NCBI GenBank assembly: GCA_051294375.1
Contig: CM119266.1
Span: forward strand, 15,862,018-15,926,017
Reading direction: 5' to 3'
DNA: 64,000 nucleotides
Origin: Paraspadella gotoi
Taxonomy: Eukaryota > Animalia > Chaetognatha
The first letter of the stretch is position 1, and every line of letters begins with the position of its first letter. Under the pieces are notes generated by a model. It ran no database searches and was not told the DNA's origin. It saw nothing but the letters and a program-made list of their open reading frames with translations. The translations under genes and the position numbers were made by a program. Positions 13,751 through 26,745 of this stretch are shown piece after piece.

Positions 13751-14593
13751 ATCAACGACGCTTCGATCTCCTGACCTCTTGTATCTCACGTGAACTACAA
13801 TGACCCGTCCTTTCGAGCCGCCGTTACTCTCTCTCTCTCTCTGAGTCTCTCTCTCTCTTTCTTTCTCTTTTTTCTTTTTTTCCTGCTTCATCTCATTTCT
13901 CTTTCCCCCCTTACTTTCTTTCTTTCATTTCTTTTCGCCCCAAGCTCCGAGCGATTTTGTTCCCCCGAGTCTCAAAGAATTTCTTTTCTTTCCACCTTGC
14001 TTTCCGCGCAGCAGAAAAAAAAAAAGATAAAGAGAGAAATCCGTTCACCTACTTAAGGGGAAAAAAAGAACTTCGCAGTCAGGTTCCCCCAGGACGATTT
14101 GACCTTTCGTTTCGCTATTTTGTTTCCTGCCTTCTCGCCCCTCCCCCTATAGTCCATGTTTTTTTTTCTCCTCCCCTATTTTCCCTTTCTCCTCCCTATC
14201 TCCCTCTCTCTCCCCCTCTCCTCTCTCCCTCCCTCTGTTGTTCCGCGCATCTCATTCAGATCTCGGGCGAGGTACGAATGACGGGATGATGACGAGGAGG
14301 AAGAGGAAGACGAGGAGGAAGAGGATGAGCTGGAGGAAGGGTGCTCGGGAAGATCAAGCGTCGCTTAGGTACCGCGGGCGATGACCCCGACTCTCCGATG
14401 ACCTTGACGTGACCTTGACCCTCGTTTGATCCGAGGACATCGCCGACTCGTCGTTCCACCACTTGCCCGCCAATCTTTCGGGCGGAAACGTTGACCGTCG
14501 TCTCTTTTCTCAGGTTTTTCGTCCGTCGAGAACCCGTCTTCAGTTTGCGTCTTTTTAAGCGTCTTTTGTTCACTGGCCCTCTCATTATATAGT

Positions 14594-14829
14594 GGCAGAG
14601 AAAGATGCGCAACATCAACATCAGGGCTGAAAAGAATTGCGTTAAAGATGTGGACAAATATTTCACTGTCATACCTCAATTTTGTGTATGAGAGCATGCC
14701 CAGATGAATGCAGGCAGTAGTCGATGCCGATGAAGGGAAAACTAAATATTGAGAATGTTTTACCCATGTTTTGTATACTTTTTATTGAATAAATGAATTA
14801 TGTGATATACTTTTTTTTCCTAGAGAGTA
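14594..14829 (+). mobile_element. Tc1/mariner DNA transposon 3' remnant (transposase C-terminus plus probable right end)
   Basis: 14594-14752 translates GRERCATSTSGLKRIALKMWTNISLSYLNFVYESMPR*MQAVVDADEGKTKY*, matching the Tc1 C-terminal signature SMPxRxxAVIxAxGGxTKY, with an in-frame TGA at 14705. It is followed by AATAAA and a TIR-like GTGATATACTTTTTTTTCCTAGAGAG-TA. Confidence 0.82.
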
Positions 14830-15084
14830 CATCCCAACTTCCCCTTCCTCTTCGCCGTCTGAACTCCAATCGGTGGAAAGGTACGTATTTTACTCTGTGG
14901 TTATATAAATTAAGAGTATCTTTGTAAAATTTTTCAAATGTTTAAATTATTTAAGATAGCATCCCCTGCCTCCCCTCCTTACCCCCATCTTTAATCTAAC
15001 CCCCCCCTACCTGGATCTCAACCCCCTTATCAGAAAGGGGACGGGGGGGATTTGCGCGGCGCAACTCGCGATAAACCTGTCGTC

Positions 15085-15126
<42 letters not shown>

Positions 15127-15732
15127 TCCGTCGCGGGTCCCCCGTCCTTCGTTTCCTTGTCGTTGTTGTTGTGGCCGAAACCGTCGGATCTTTCCGTGAT
15201 TCAATTTCGTCGAGCGAAATCGGGGCTAATAACGGAAACAGGCTTACCAAACGCGACAACATTTAGCTAAATTTAGTAGAGAAATATATCAGACCGATTA
15301 ATCATGATTCTCCAAGCTATACCCTGCCGGGAAAACGAGACTCACCAACCACATGGAGCAACCAACTGAGCAACGTCGCTCTTTTATTAGACGCGTGACC
15401 ATCGTCGTCGTCGTCGTCGTCATCGTCTCGACGATAAGAGGCGCAAAAAGCGAATTTCTGTCGATATCGCGACCAAGAATAACTTTTTGTGTCACGTCAA
15501 TTGAATCCAGGACACGACGACGATGTCGACGACGCCATCGATATTGGCTAGGTGAGCCTCGTTAAAAAAAGTTAACAAATTAAAAAGTTTAAAAAAGCGG
15601 GATTCTAATTAACGACGTCGTCCGAGTCGTCGGTGATCACGAGGTAAAGAAATAGGAGACGTCACTGTCACTAATTTTACCGATGGTCATCATCGTTATC
15701 GTTGTGGAGGCTATCGTCATCGTCGTTAGACA

Positions 15733-15766
<34 letters not shown>

Positions 15767-16022
15767 GGCGTCGGTGCGTCGATCGACCTGTTGTTAAAAA
15801 TCCATTAAGTCGGTGCCTCTCGACGACGACGACGACGACACCACCTCGTTCCTGACGATGGGAAATGAGTTGACAGCTTTTATATTAAAAGAGAGAGAAG
15901 AGCTCGTTGAAGGTGGAACAATGAAATCGAATTGAATTAAATTTTTATTTTTTTTTTAAATTGGAGCATATAAAACAAAAGATAAGTAAAAGGAAAAAAA
16001 AGGTAGAATCATAACTATAACG

Positions 16023-16094
<72 letters not shown>

Positions 16095-17012
16095 TTCGAA
16101 CGTTTCCAAGTTTTCTCCCTCAGCTCAGGAGAACAGGGAAAACCTAAAACCTTTAATATTTTTTACCAACATTAAAAGATAAGCACCGGTTTGAAAAAAA
16201 CCTCTCTCGCCTGTCCGTAGGAAGATCGTACGACGACGACGACAACGACCACGGCGACGAATGACTTGAACGAGGACATATTTTTTATTGATGGGAAAAA
16301 AGTATTATTTTATTACTTCAAAAAATTCGGTGGGAAAGAATCGAAAAGAGTAACGAGAATTAAAGAGCAAAAAAAAAATGTTTTTGATGGTCGATAGGTC
16401 GGTCCGGTCGTTTTGCCGGGTGGTCAGTCGGTCTGTCAATCGGTCGGTCGGACTGGTCGTTTTACCGAGTGGTCAGTCGGTCTGTCAATCGGTCGGTCGG
16501 TCTTTTGTCAGTCGTTCCGTTCGGTCCGGGACGGCTGACGACAAAATTTTATCCAACTTGAAATAGGTAATGAAATGAAATGGAAGGAACGCCTCTGGCA
16601 GGGGGGCGTCCGTCTTAATATGTGGGGGTATTGGTGTTTGGGCGGGGGGGAGTGTCGGTTGAGGGTGACGGTGGGATCAACGTGGATGAGTTAGGGATGC
16701 TTGGGAGACCTGAAATTAGATTTTTTACAAGGTTATTCAGATTAGTATGTATGTTTTACGATTTAAATTTATTTCGACTAATAAATTTTCACTAATCTCA
16801 ACTCTCAAATGTTTCAAAATTCAACATCGTTCACACGGGAATGATTTCCCAGGAATTTTATGGACACCGGTTTTTTTTTTAATTTTTAGACTTTTAGACA
16901 AACGTCTCCCAAAATCGCCGGACCCCGTCGGACCCGTGGGCTCCAGGGGAACTACAGGGGTCCCACATCACCGCCCTGTCATAGATGGGAACTTTTTACT
17001 TTTCTCTCTCTA

Positions 17013-17118
<106 letters not shown>

Positions 17119-18194
17119 ATCAAAGTTGTCGAGAGGATAAAAACCATTTATTTTCGATCCTGAAACACATAAAAGGAGAGAAAAAAACGAAAAAAGATTT
17201 TTCTTTTACTTTTATGGCGATTTGGTGATAACCACCTACAAAGATCGTTAATGAGGATTGGCTTTTTTAGACGAGGGAGAGAAGGAGACGGACAAAGAGT
17301 GGGAGAGAAAGGGAGAGAGGGACATACGGAGAAGTGAAGAGAGTGAGAATAAGAGGGACACCGTTCTGTTTTAAGTTTTGACGAAAATATATAAAATTTT
17401 ACTGATTATACTGCAAATATTTTTTTTCGAAGCATCTTAATACTTAATTTTACAATCCTGACGCTTGTTTTTCTGGTACAAAATATAAAAGTTCCAATGC
17501 CTCGGTCTTTTTTGACCCCTCACTCGCATTTCCACCACGCACCTTAAGATCTTATTCTTCTTTCAACTCATATTTCCCATTTCTCGGTTTCCTGTTAGCA
17601 GGATGCCTTTTTTTCCCCTTTTTTTCCTTTTTTCCCATTTTTTTTTCTCTTGTTCTTCTCCGAGGAAGAGCAAAGAAATTTTGTAATGTCATGTTTCTTG
17701 TCTTTTTCTCCGAAGAGCCGGAGAAACAAAGGGGCAAAAAACATAGTCTCACATAGAACAGAAAAAAAAAACAGGGAAAACAATTTTTGCTCGAGAATGT
17801 CACAAAGGTGTGAGAAAAAAGTGAAATACAAAGACAAGAGCGATCTTCTTCATTCAAGAAAATGTTGTTTCTTCCTTTCATTGTGTAACGTTTTTAAAAA
17901 TCGTTTAAAACGTGTCTTAATGAACCAAAAACCTAAGTGTTAAATCCTCAACTCTTTTTTTAATTGCGTTTGTTTTAACGACCAAAATCCTGGTGAGATT
18001 TCGCGCTGTTCAATTGTTCAATTCGATTCTTTCCTCTCGGCTCACGAACGATTCGTTAAGGAAAGAGTGAACCCTCCTTTCCTCCCGTCTCTCGCGCCGA
18101 CAAAAAAATAAAGGGTTTGGGCGCGTCTCTTCCTGGGGCCGAGGCGGACGAAAAAAAGAGAGAGTAATAGGAACGAAAAACGACGAAAAAGAGC

Positions 18195-18225
<31 letters not shown>

Positions 18226-18282
18226 GAGAGAAGAGAGAGAGAGAGAGAGAGGAGAGAGAAGAGAGAAAGAGAGAGAGAGAGA

Positions 18283-19425
18283 GAGAGTCGGCAATAAACC
18301 GAACGAATTCGTACTGATTAGTTGCCAAAACCGTCCGCGGGCCGGGAACAGCACAGCGAGCCCTACCTTATCCGCCCACCACCCCTCCTCCGGCCTCTGA
18401 ACTTCCCCCCTCTCCTACCTTTCTCATCGCCCCCGTCCGAACGCCCCGCCGGTTTCGTTCCGGGCGCGAGCAAATCTTGGGGGACCGCCTTTCCGATTTT
18501 ACGTCTTTCCAATTAAACGGAACCTCCCTTACCGACTTTTAACTACCTCGAAAAAAAAATCCCTTTTTTTTTCTTTCTTTTCGATGTAATTTACTGTTTT
18601 AAAAAAAGATTATAACTTCGGGTTTTATAGGCGCAGTAAAAAAAAAGGCTCCGCGAGCGCTCTCGCGCGAGTGGGTGAAGGAGAAGGGATGTGAATGAGG
18701 AAGAGGTGAAAGAAGGAAGAGAAAAAGAGGGAAAAAACACAGCCGGAGAGTAAAAATATTTTTAAAAGGCCGTTTTAAAAAGTTAAAAATTTTGAGTTTC
18801 TAGATAGACACTTTAAAAACAAAAGATGGGGATGTATATTTGACAAATATCACTTAAGAACGAAAACTTTCAATGTTTTAACTAAAATTTGTTTTACCTC
18901 CTTCTTTATTTCTTTCTTAGTTGTGTTGTTGTCAACCAAAACGTGAAATAAGAAATGAGCGAACGAGAACGATTTAAAACGAATCTGAGAAAGCGAGCGA
19001 GCAAGAGAAAGGACGAAAGAGAACAAGATACGAAAAAAAATCCATGGAGAGCGAGAAACGAGAAAGAACGAGAAGAGAAGAGAGAAGAGAAAGAAGAGAG
19101 AGAAAGAGAGAAAGAGAACGAGAGAGAGAAGAAGAGAGAAGAGAGAGAGAGAAGAGAGAGAGGAGAGGAGAGATGTTATAAACAAAAAAACTCTTTCAAC
19201 ACGGTTTTGTCGTTGGCGCCCGGGGATGGTGGTCGTCGGGCAGGGAGCGTGGGGCTTTCGGGCGTTTGGGTCCCTTGAACAAAATTCAAATTTATTACAT
19301 TGAAACGTGAAAAGCACTTAAACTCAAGGTGAAATCTAAAACTTTAGGGGTTAAAAATCCGAGCCGGGTGTTTCGCCGCCCCCGTTCCCCGACGCACAAA
19401 TCACGGAGCATCCCATAAACCTTTT

Positions 19426-19481
<56 letters not shown>

Positions 19482-19488
19482 CCACTCT

Positions 19489-19524
<36 letters not shown>

Positions 19525-20028
19525 CTCTCCCAGGGCGTCGACGACACCGTCGACGAGTTACTCAGCGTCGACCTACTTTCCCTTTCTTCTCTCATTTTTT
19601 CTTTACTCATTCTACTTTTTCCCTGGTTTTTTTCTCGTCAATAATTTAATTTTAAATTCACGTGATCAAAAGTTAGCAACAAACCTAAAACCCATTGTAT
19701 ATACACGGAAAATAGTGTCGATTATTCTATCGCTTCCCCGCCCACACCCGCAAGAATCACCACCCCTTCACCCCCACCACCGCACTTGGGCTTACCCCCT
19801 CCGCCGTTTCCACTCCCACTCCCCAGCAACCACAAACTCTCAAGACCGCGGAAAGCGTTCGGTATTTTCCGCACCGAACCGAAATCGAAAGAGACACAAA
19901 GGCGGCGGTTCTTACCTCGATCGCTTTTAAAGTGGTTTCAAAAGTTTGATGATCCAAAACTTTTACTGTTTCCAATTCCAAAGGATCTTCTCTCTCTCTT
20001 CTCTCTCTCTCCTCATCTCTCCTCTCTG

Positions 20029-20062
<34 letters not shown>

Positions 20063-21510
20063 CTTCCCCCAGCCCCACTGATTTTCATTTCCATCCAATT
20101 TCTCTGCTGTTTTTATTGATGCGACCGAAAAATTTTAACGCGATAGAGGGAAAATCATTAGAGAATTACTACCTTTCAGGTCTAAAACGACGTTTGAAAA
20201 AGGGGTACCGTATTTTTAAAATAAGATTTAAATCGTTCTCATGTCATTATTATTAAAATAACTTTTTTCTTTTTTCATTGACTGAGTTAACCGCCCTTAG
20301 GTAGTAATAACGTTATAATACTAATTTTAAATTCTTCCTTAGACAGATAGCGTTGGAATATAATACCTCAAAAAGAAAAATGATAAGGAGAAAAAAATGG
20401 TGTGGGCGATTGAGACTCGGGGAATTTTTCACCTTCTCTGCCAAAAGTAATCTCTGTCGAATCCGTAGATCGCTCTCCAATTCTTCGATCCCTCATTTTT
20501 CTTGGAACGAGTTCGCGTTCGTGCTCGTCGTCTGTGTCGTCGTCTGTCGGGTCGGCTCGGCGTCCGGCGTCGGCGTCGTCGTCGTCGTCGTCGTCGTGTC
20601 GTCGCGCTCGGTTCTCGTCTTCTTGTCTGCGCGTCGCGTGCGTCGGGCGTTCGTCCTGTCCGTCACGTCGCGCCCCCCCAGCGATCGCTCACCTCTCCGC
20701 TGGCAGTCTTCGCCGCCCCGATGCCCGGCTGACATGGGCGGACAAAGCCCGAATGGTCAATGGCGACAGCATTCGAAGCAAACGCAATACGCCAACGAAA
20801 TTCCGAACAATGACTACGCTGTCCGACCTAATCACAATGTTTTTTTTAACACACCTTCACTCTTACGGCGCTCTAACCACTCCTACATCTTTTTTCTCAA
20901 ATACTCCTCCCTTCGGCAGAACTGAGCGGCTGTCGTTTTTTCCCGTGAGCGAATTTTGAATCGCAGGGTTTTAAATTTGAAGAGGAAACGAGAATCGAAT
21001 GGAAACGAAATCGACGGCGCCGCGCGGGAAGAGTTACCACGATCCTGGCGCCGATTTTGAAGCGACCCCGCGCGACGCGAGAGTGAGAAATGACGCGTCG
21101 CCACGAGGAGACCGTCCGGTGTTAGGCGGGTCGAATGGGTCGGTCTTTTGGAAGGGACGACTCGAATAATTGTTTTTTATCGTTTAAAAAAAGTTTGAAA
21201 ATTTAAAGTACTTTAATACTTCCTGAAAATGGGGAATATAACTTGAAATATACAAACTACTCAGTGTTAAATGTACATTTTTGTACTACGGCAACTAAGG
21301 ATAAATATTAAATGAACATTCTTGACTTTTGAAAAGCATTTTGTTTGACGAAAAATATAAAGATATGAACTGAATATGTTAGTCCTGCTATTATCAGTTG
21401 AAATCCTCACTTTCTCCTCCAAGTGTTTTAAGATTAAGGCTATTTAGTTAAAAGGAATTTCTTTTTTTTTGATATAGATAGTGTAATGCACTATCTCTCT
21501 CTCTCTCTCT
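18283..21510 (+). repeat. ~3.2-kb segmental duplication, copy A
   Basis: Collinear with 24305-27510. Differences are mostly 1-bp indels, and the last ~250 bp of copy A is peppered with extra T bases. Confidence 0.92.
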
Positions 21511-21887
21511 ATCTCTAGATATGCATGTAGCTTTCGGCCGGTTGTTGCATTATACATATATTTTATATCGATCCGATAGAAATGATGTCAAATTGCGCAT
21601 GCAAATTTCAAGTCAATCGGGCTGAGCGTTTAGAAAGGGCTAAAGGCAAAAACCCGCCATTTTTCAATCCCTCTCGCAAAACAGATTCGCGATCCGAAAA
21701 ATAATTTTTTGTTTCCACTAAACGTTTGAAACTAAGCGCTCGCTTCGGTAGTTCTTTTTAATTTAAGCCGGCGAACGATCGAGCGGAGAAGGCGCTAAAC
21801 TAAAAATGCGCGTTCGGGTCCTCATAAATTTGGATTATATTTACAAGTCTGATAACATGGGAGCAAACTCTCTTCGGAGGCAACGTC

Positions 21888-21925
21888 CTCTTCGGAGGCG
21901 TGGGTTCGAATCCCACCGCTGCCCA
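21888..21925 (+). pseudogene. 5'-truncated tRNA-Leu copy (variable arm, T arm, 3' acceptor strand)
   Basis: CTCTTCGGAGGCGTGGGTTCGAATCCCACCGCTGCC matches the 3' half of animal tRNA-Leu(AAG/TAG), including the B box GGTTCGAATCC. No anticodon or D arm directly upstream; CTCTTCGGAGGC is duplicated at 21870-21881. Confidence 0.8.
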
Positions 21926-22379
21926 CAAGACAACGAAGGAAGTAGGCGTGGTTTTATTAAGGGAGAAATAGGAGGAGTTTTATTGACATATAAGAACACG
22001 TATGGGATGATTGAATAATTAACACACAAAAATATGTAGAATTAATGCAGAAGAAAAGGCAGGCAATCAAACAATATAACAAAATAGTCCATATGAGTTT
22101 TGGAATGTTTGTTCTTGAAGGTAAGTGAAGAGTGAATCAAGTTCCCTCTCTCGTTTCTCTGGCGTCGGTTCCTGAGGGAAGCCTCACTCTCTGATTGGTC
22201 AATCAGAAGAAAGACGAAAGAAGCCAAGAGAGACGAGCCACTTGAATAATCCATTCCTGCGTTGGGAAGAATAAAGTTAATTAACTAAAAGGAATTTAAT
22301 ATCAAGAATCACAGATCAAATAAGAGGCAAAACACTCAACCTTTTCTATGAAACAAAAAAACGAAATGAGTGAGCGATA

Positions 22380-22590
22380 ACGAATTATTGATTGATGTAA
22401 TAATAATTGATGATGTAAATAATAATTGAATGATGTAATAGTAATTGATTGGTGTAATAATAATTGATCGATGTAATTGATTATGATGCGATGATAACAA
22501 ATGATTGATGCGATGATAGTCATTCATTGATGTGAGATAATCATTCATTGATGCGAATGATGTTCATTCCATTGATGCAATGATGTCATT
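22380..22590 (+). repeat. Degenerate AT-rich ~20-bp minisatellite
   Basis: aataattgattgatgt units grading into tcattcattgatgc units. Confidence 0.75.
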
Positions 22591-22724
22591 CATTTGAGGA
22601 GAAATACAGATCCCGACTCTATAATGCACTTTGTCGTCCGTCGGTTCGCCCCTCAATATTGTTGGGACACTAACTATATCAATGTCAGAACATTGAATTT
22701 TATGGGCTAAATTATTTAAAAATG

Positions 22725-23300
22725 ATGTCGTCCGTCCGTACGTCCGTCGTCCGCCCACCTTAGCAAACAAACACCATTATTCCGTGATTGGATGGATGGA
22801 TTGGAATGGGTAGGGAAGTGTGTATTGAGCTTATATGAAGTTTCGATGGAATCGTCCGAGTTGGAAATTGAGTTTAAATGGCAGGAAAAAACATCAGTTG
22901 CATTTACTAAAATATTTTACTTATTTAAACCATAATACTCTATTAATCATAATTAAGATGGATAGGATTGAGTTGAAATTTTGTGTGTGGGTAAGGAAAG
23001 TGGTTGACGAAGCTTGCTACAAAGTTTCGGTGGAAACGTACAAGTGGAATGAGTTTAAATAAAAAAAAATATGAGTCACATTTACTTGAATCTTTTTGCT
23101 TTCACGATCTTGTAAGTCCTTGCAATGTTACTTATTTTAACCCATAATACTCGAATTAATCATAATTGAAATTAATAGATGAAAAGGAAAGTGTGTGAAG
23201 AAGCTAATATATAAGTTGACGATACGAATTGTTGCCAGTGGAAATGAGTTTAAATGGAAAAAAACATTAAAGTCACATTTACTTGAAATCTTTTTTTATT
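22725..23300 (+). mobile_element. Helentron-associated (HINE/DINE-1-like) non-autonomous element remnant
   Basis: A (GTCC/GTC) microsatellite at 22727-22753 is followed by three diverged ~185-bp tandem units sharing aagtt...gtggaaatgagtttaaat...cacatttact. This layout is typical of HINEs; termini were not identified. Confidence 0.4.
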
Positions 23301-23406
23301 TATGATTACTAATAAATGGTTTTAATTAATTAATAATTTAATTAATATGTGAAAATTGATGCAAGTTAAAAAATCTTAAAAAGTCATAAAGATACGCGTA
23401 ATTGCA

Positions 23407-23437
<31 letters not shown>

Positions 23438-23935
23438 AGGAGACATAAAATAAAATAGAGATATTTGTTTTGTTTTGGATAAAATGTAACAAACATATTA
23501 ATAACTGCCTAACTCCATTTTAAGGACATCGAAATGAATGATAGTTGAATATAAATTTAAATTAATTATTACATACTAAAATTAATTAATTAATTAATTA
23601 ATCGATTAATTAATTAATTATCGTAGGCAGATCCGACATTGTTGCTCAACTTTTAAAAAAGAATATATCTTCTAATATCAACTTTTTGCAAGGAATCAAA
23701 AATCCGATCTTAAAATTAAAAAATTGCAATTTTATAAATTTTAGCCTATTATATACTTATTACTATACAAAATATAGCTTCTGGTGCCTATTAAAAAATT
23801 AAATTTAACAATTTAACAATTAAAATTAACCAAATAAAATTTACGCAAAAATATTTTTAATGGTTTTTATGTTAAATTATATGCTAAATTTTAAATTTTC
23901 TCCGAAATTTTTTCAATTTGTATGCTATATGCCAG

Positions 23936-24081
23936 ATCATTTTTTACATGGCTAAACGGTGCTGAAATTAATCCAGACGGAACACAGTTGCTAAGTTTTA
24001 ACCAGAGGTCGAGATTCGAGCATCTTGTAAACTTCGTTACCGAGCCCCGTTTTTGGTACGCCATCGACGTCGTTACCGCAG
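23936..24081 (+). CDS. Candidate isolated coding exon, unknown gene
   Basis: CAG|...|GT-bounded open frame SFFTWLNGAEINPDGTQLLSFNQRSRFEHLVNFVTEPRFWYAIDVVTA, with balanced composition inside AT-rich flanks. Confidence 0.3.
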
Positions 24082-25081
24082 GTTGAATAAACCTTCCAAT
24101 AACCTTCTGTAAAAAGTCTTTCAGGAAGCAGGAAACTTCTTAGCTCCGGTTGGGGCGGGGGGGGGGGCCCCGAAAAAAAAAATTCATAAAAGCTGAAACT
24201 AAATTTAGTGAAGTTATTGATGGCTTTATAAATTTGAAGCCATGTGAATTATTTTTGAAGTTGTCGTTTTTTTTAAATTNNNNNNNNNNNNNNNNNNNNN
24301 NNNNAGAGTCGGCAATAAAACCGAACGAATTCGTACTGATTAGTTGCCAAAACCCCGCGGGCCGGGAACAGCAACAGCGAGCCCTACCTTATCCGCCCAC
24401 CACCCCCTCCGGCCTCTGAACTTCCCCCCTCTCCCTACCTTTCTCATCGCCCCCGTTCCGAACGCCCCGCCGGTTTCGTTCCGGGCGCGAGCAAATCTTG
24501 GGGACCGCCTTTCCGATTTTACGTCTTTCCAATTAAACGGAACCTCCCCTTCCGACTTTTAACTACCTCGAAAAAAAATCCCTTTTTTTTTCTTTCTTTT
24601 CGATGTAATTTACTGTTTTAAAAAAGATTATACCTTCGGGTTTTATAGGCGCAGTAAAAAAAAAGGCTCCGCGAGCGCTCTCGCGCGAGTGGGTGAAGGG
24701 AGAAGGGATGTGATGAGGAAGAGGTGAAAGAAGGAAGAGAAAAGAGGGGAAAAAAACACGGCCGGAAAGGTAAAATATTTTTAAAAGGCCGTTTTAAAAG
24801 TTAAAAATTTTGAGTTTTCTAGATAGCACTTTAAAAACAAAAGATGGGGATGTATATTGACAAATATCACTTAAGAACGAAAACTTTTCAATGTTTTAAC
24901 TAAATTTGTTTTACCTCCTTCTTTATTTCTTTCTTTAGTTGTTGTTGTCACCAAAACGTGAAATAAGAAATGAGCGAACGAGAACGATTTAAAACGATCT
25001 GAGAAAGAGAGCGAGCAAGAGAAAGGACGAAAGAGAACAAGATACGAAAAAAAAGCCATGGAGAGCGAGAACGAGAAAAAT

Positions 25082-25137
<56 letters not shown>

Positions 25138-25328
25138 GTTATAAACAAAAAAAACTCTTTCACCGGTTTTGTCGTCGGCGCCGGGGAGTGTGGTCGTCGG
25201 GCATGGAGCGTGGGGCTTCGGGCGTTTGGGTCCTTGACAAAATTCAAATTTATTACATTGAAACGTGAAAAGCACTTAAACTCAAGGTGAAAATCTAAAA
25301 CCTTTAGGGGTTAAAAATCCCGAGCCGG

Positions 25329-25633
25329 NNNNNNNNNNNNNNNNNNNNNNNNNNNNNNNNNNNNNNNNNNNNNNNNNNNNNNNNNNNNNNNNNNNNNNNN
25401 NNNNNNNNNNNNNNNNNNNNNNNNNNNNNNNNNNNNNNNNNNNNNNNNNNNNNNNNNNNNNNNNNNNNNNNNNNNNNNNNNNNNNNNNNNNNNNNNNNNN
25501 NNNNNNNNNNNNNNNNNNNNNNNNNNNNNNNNNNNNNNNNNNNNNNNNNNNNNNNNNNNNNNNNNNNNNNNNNNNNNNNNNNNNNNNNNNNNNNNNNNNN
25601 NNNNNNNNNNNNNNNNNNNNNNNNNNNNNNNNN
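25329..25633. other. Assembly gap (largest of ten N-runs)
   Basis: N-runs at 9194-9204, 24280-24304, 25329-25633, 35104-35128, 35217-35362, 35742-35936, 40578-40611, 41151-41318, 47126-47150 and 60220-60244. Confidence 0.98.
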
Positions 25634-26008
25634 CCTTTCTTCTCTCATTTTTTCTTTTTACTCATTCTACTTTTTCTGGTTTTTTTCTCGTCAAATAATT
25701 TAATTTTAAATCACGTGATCAAAAGTTAGCAACAAACCTAAAACCCATTGTATACACGGAAAATAGTGTCGATTATCTATCGCTTCCCCGCCCACCCAAG
25801 AATCACCAACCTTCACCCACCCACCTTACCCCCTTTTCCACTCCCACCTCCCCAGCACCAACCAAACCTCAAGCCGCGGAAAGCGTTCGGTATTTCCCCC
25901 ACCGAACCATAACGAAAGAGACACAAAGGCGGCGGTTCTTACCTCGTCGCTTTTAAAGTGGTTTCAAAGTTGATGATCCAAAAACTTTTACTGTTTCCAA
26001 ATTCAAAA

Positions 26009-26115
<107 letters not shown>

Positions 26116-26569
26116 TCCCCCCAGCCCCACCTATTTTCATTTCCATCCAATTTCTCTGCTGTTTTTATTGGATGCGCCGAAAAAATTTTAACGCGATAGA
26201 GGGAAAATCATTAGAAGACATTACTACCTTTTAGGTCTAAAACGAGTTTGAAAAAGGGTACCGGTATTTTTAAAATAAGATTTAAATCGTTCTTCATGTA
26301 TTATTTATTTAAAATAACTTTTCTCTTTTTCTTGACTGAGTTAACCCCTTAGGTAGTATACGTTATAATACTAATTTTAAATTCTTCCTTAGACAATACG
26401 TTGAATATAAATCACTCAAAAGAAAAATGATAAGGAAAAAAAATTGTGGGGCGATTTGAGACTCGGGGAATTTTCACCTTCTCTGCCAAAGTAAATCTCT
26501 GTCGAATCCGTAATCGCTCTTCCAATTCTCGATCCCTCATTTTTCTTGGAAAACGAGTTCGCCGTCTCG

Positions 26570-26707
26570 GTCGTCGTCGTCGTCTTCGTCGTCGTCGCGT
26601 CGTCGTCGTCGTCGTCGTCGTCTCGGCGTCTTCGTGTCTTCGTCGTCTTCGTCGTCGTCTCTCGTGTCCGCTCGTCGTCGTCGCGCTCGTCGCTCGTCGT
26701 GCGGGCG

Positions 26708-26744
<37 letters not shown>

Positions 26745-26745
26745 C
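26570..26745 (+). repeat. (GTC)n trinucleotide-rich tract
   Basis: Direct read; related GTC/GAC tracts at 15734-15764, 20570-20605 and 44060-44095, and GAT/GAC at 28690-28850. Confidence 0.9.

Noticed and set aside
21888-21925. Functional tRNA gene or LTR primer-binding site
   Set aside because: No contiguous 5' half or anticodon arm; the match is too long for a PBS and no adjacent LTR was seen.
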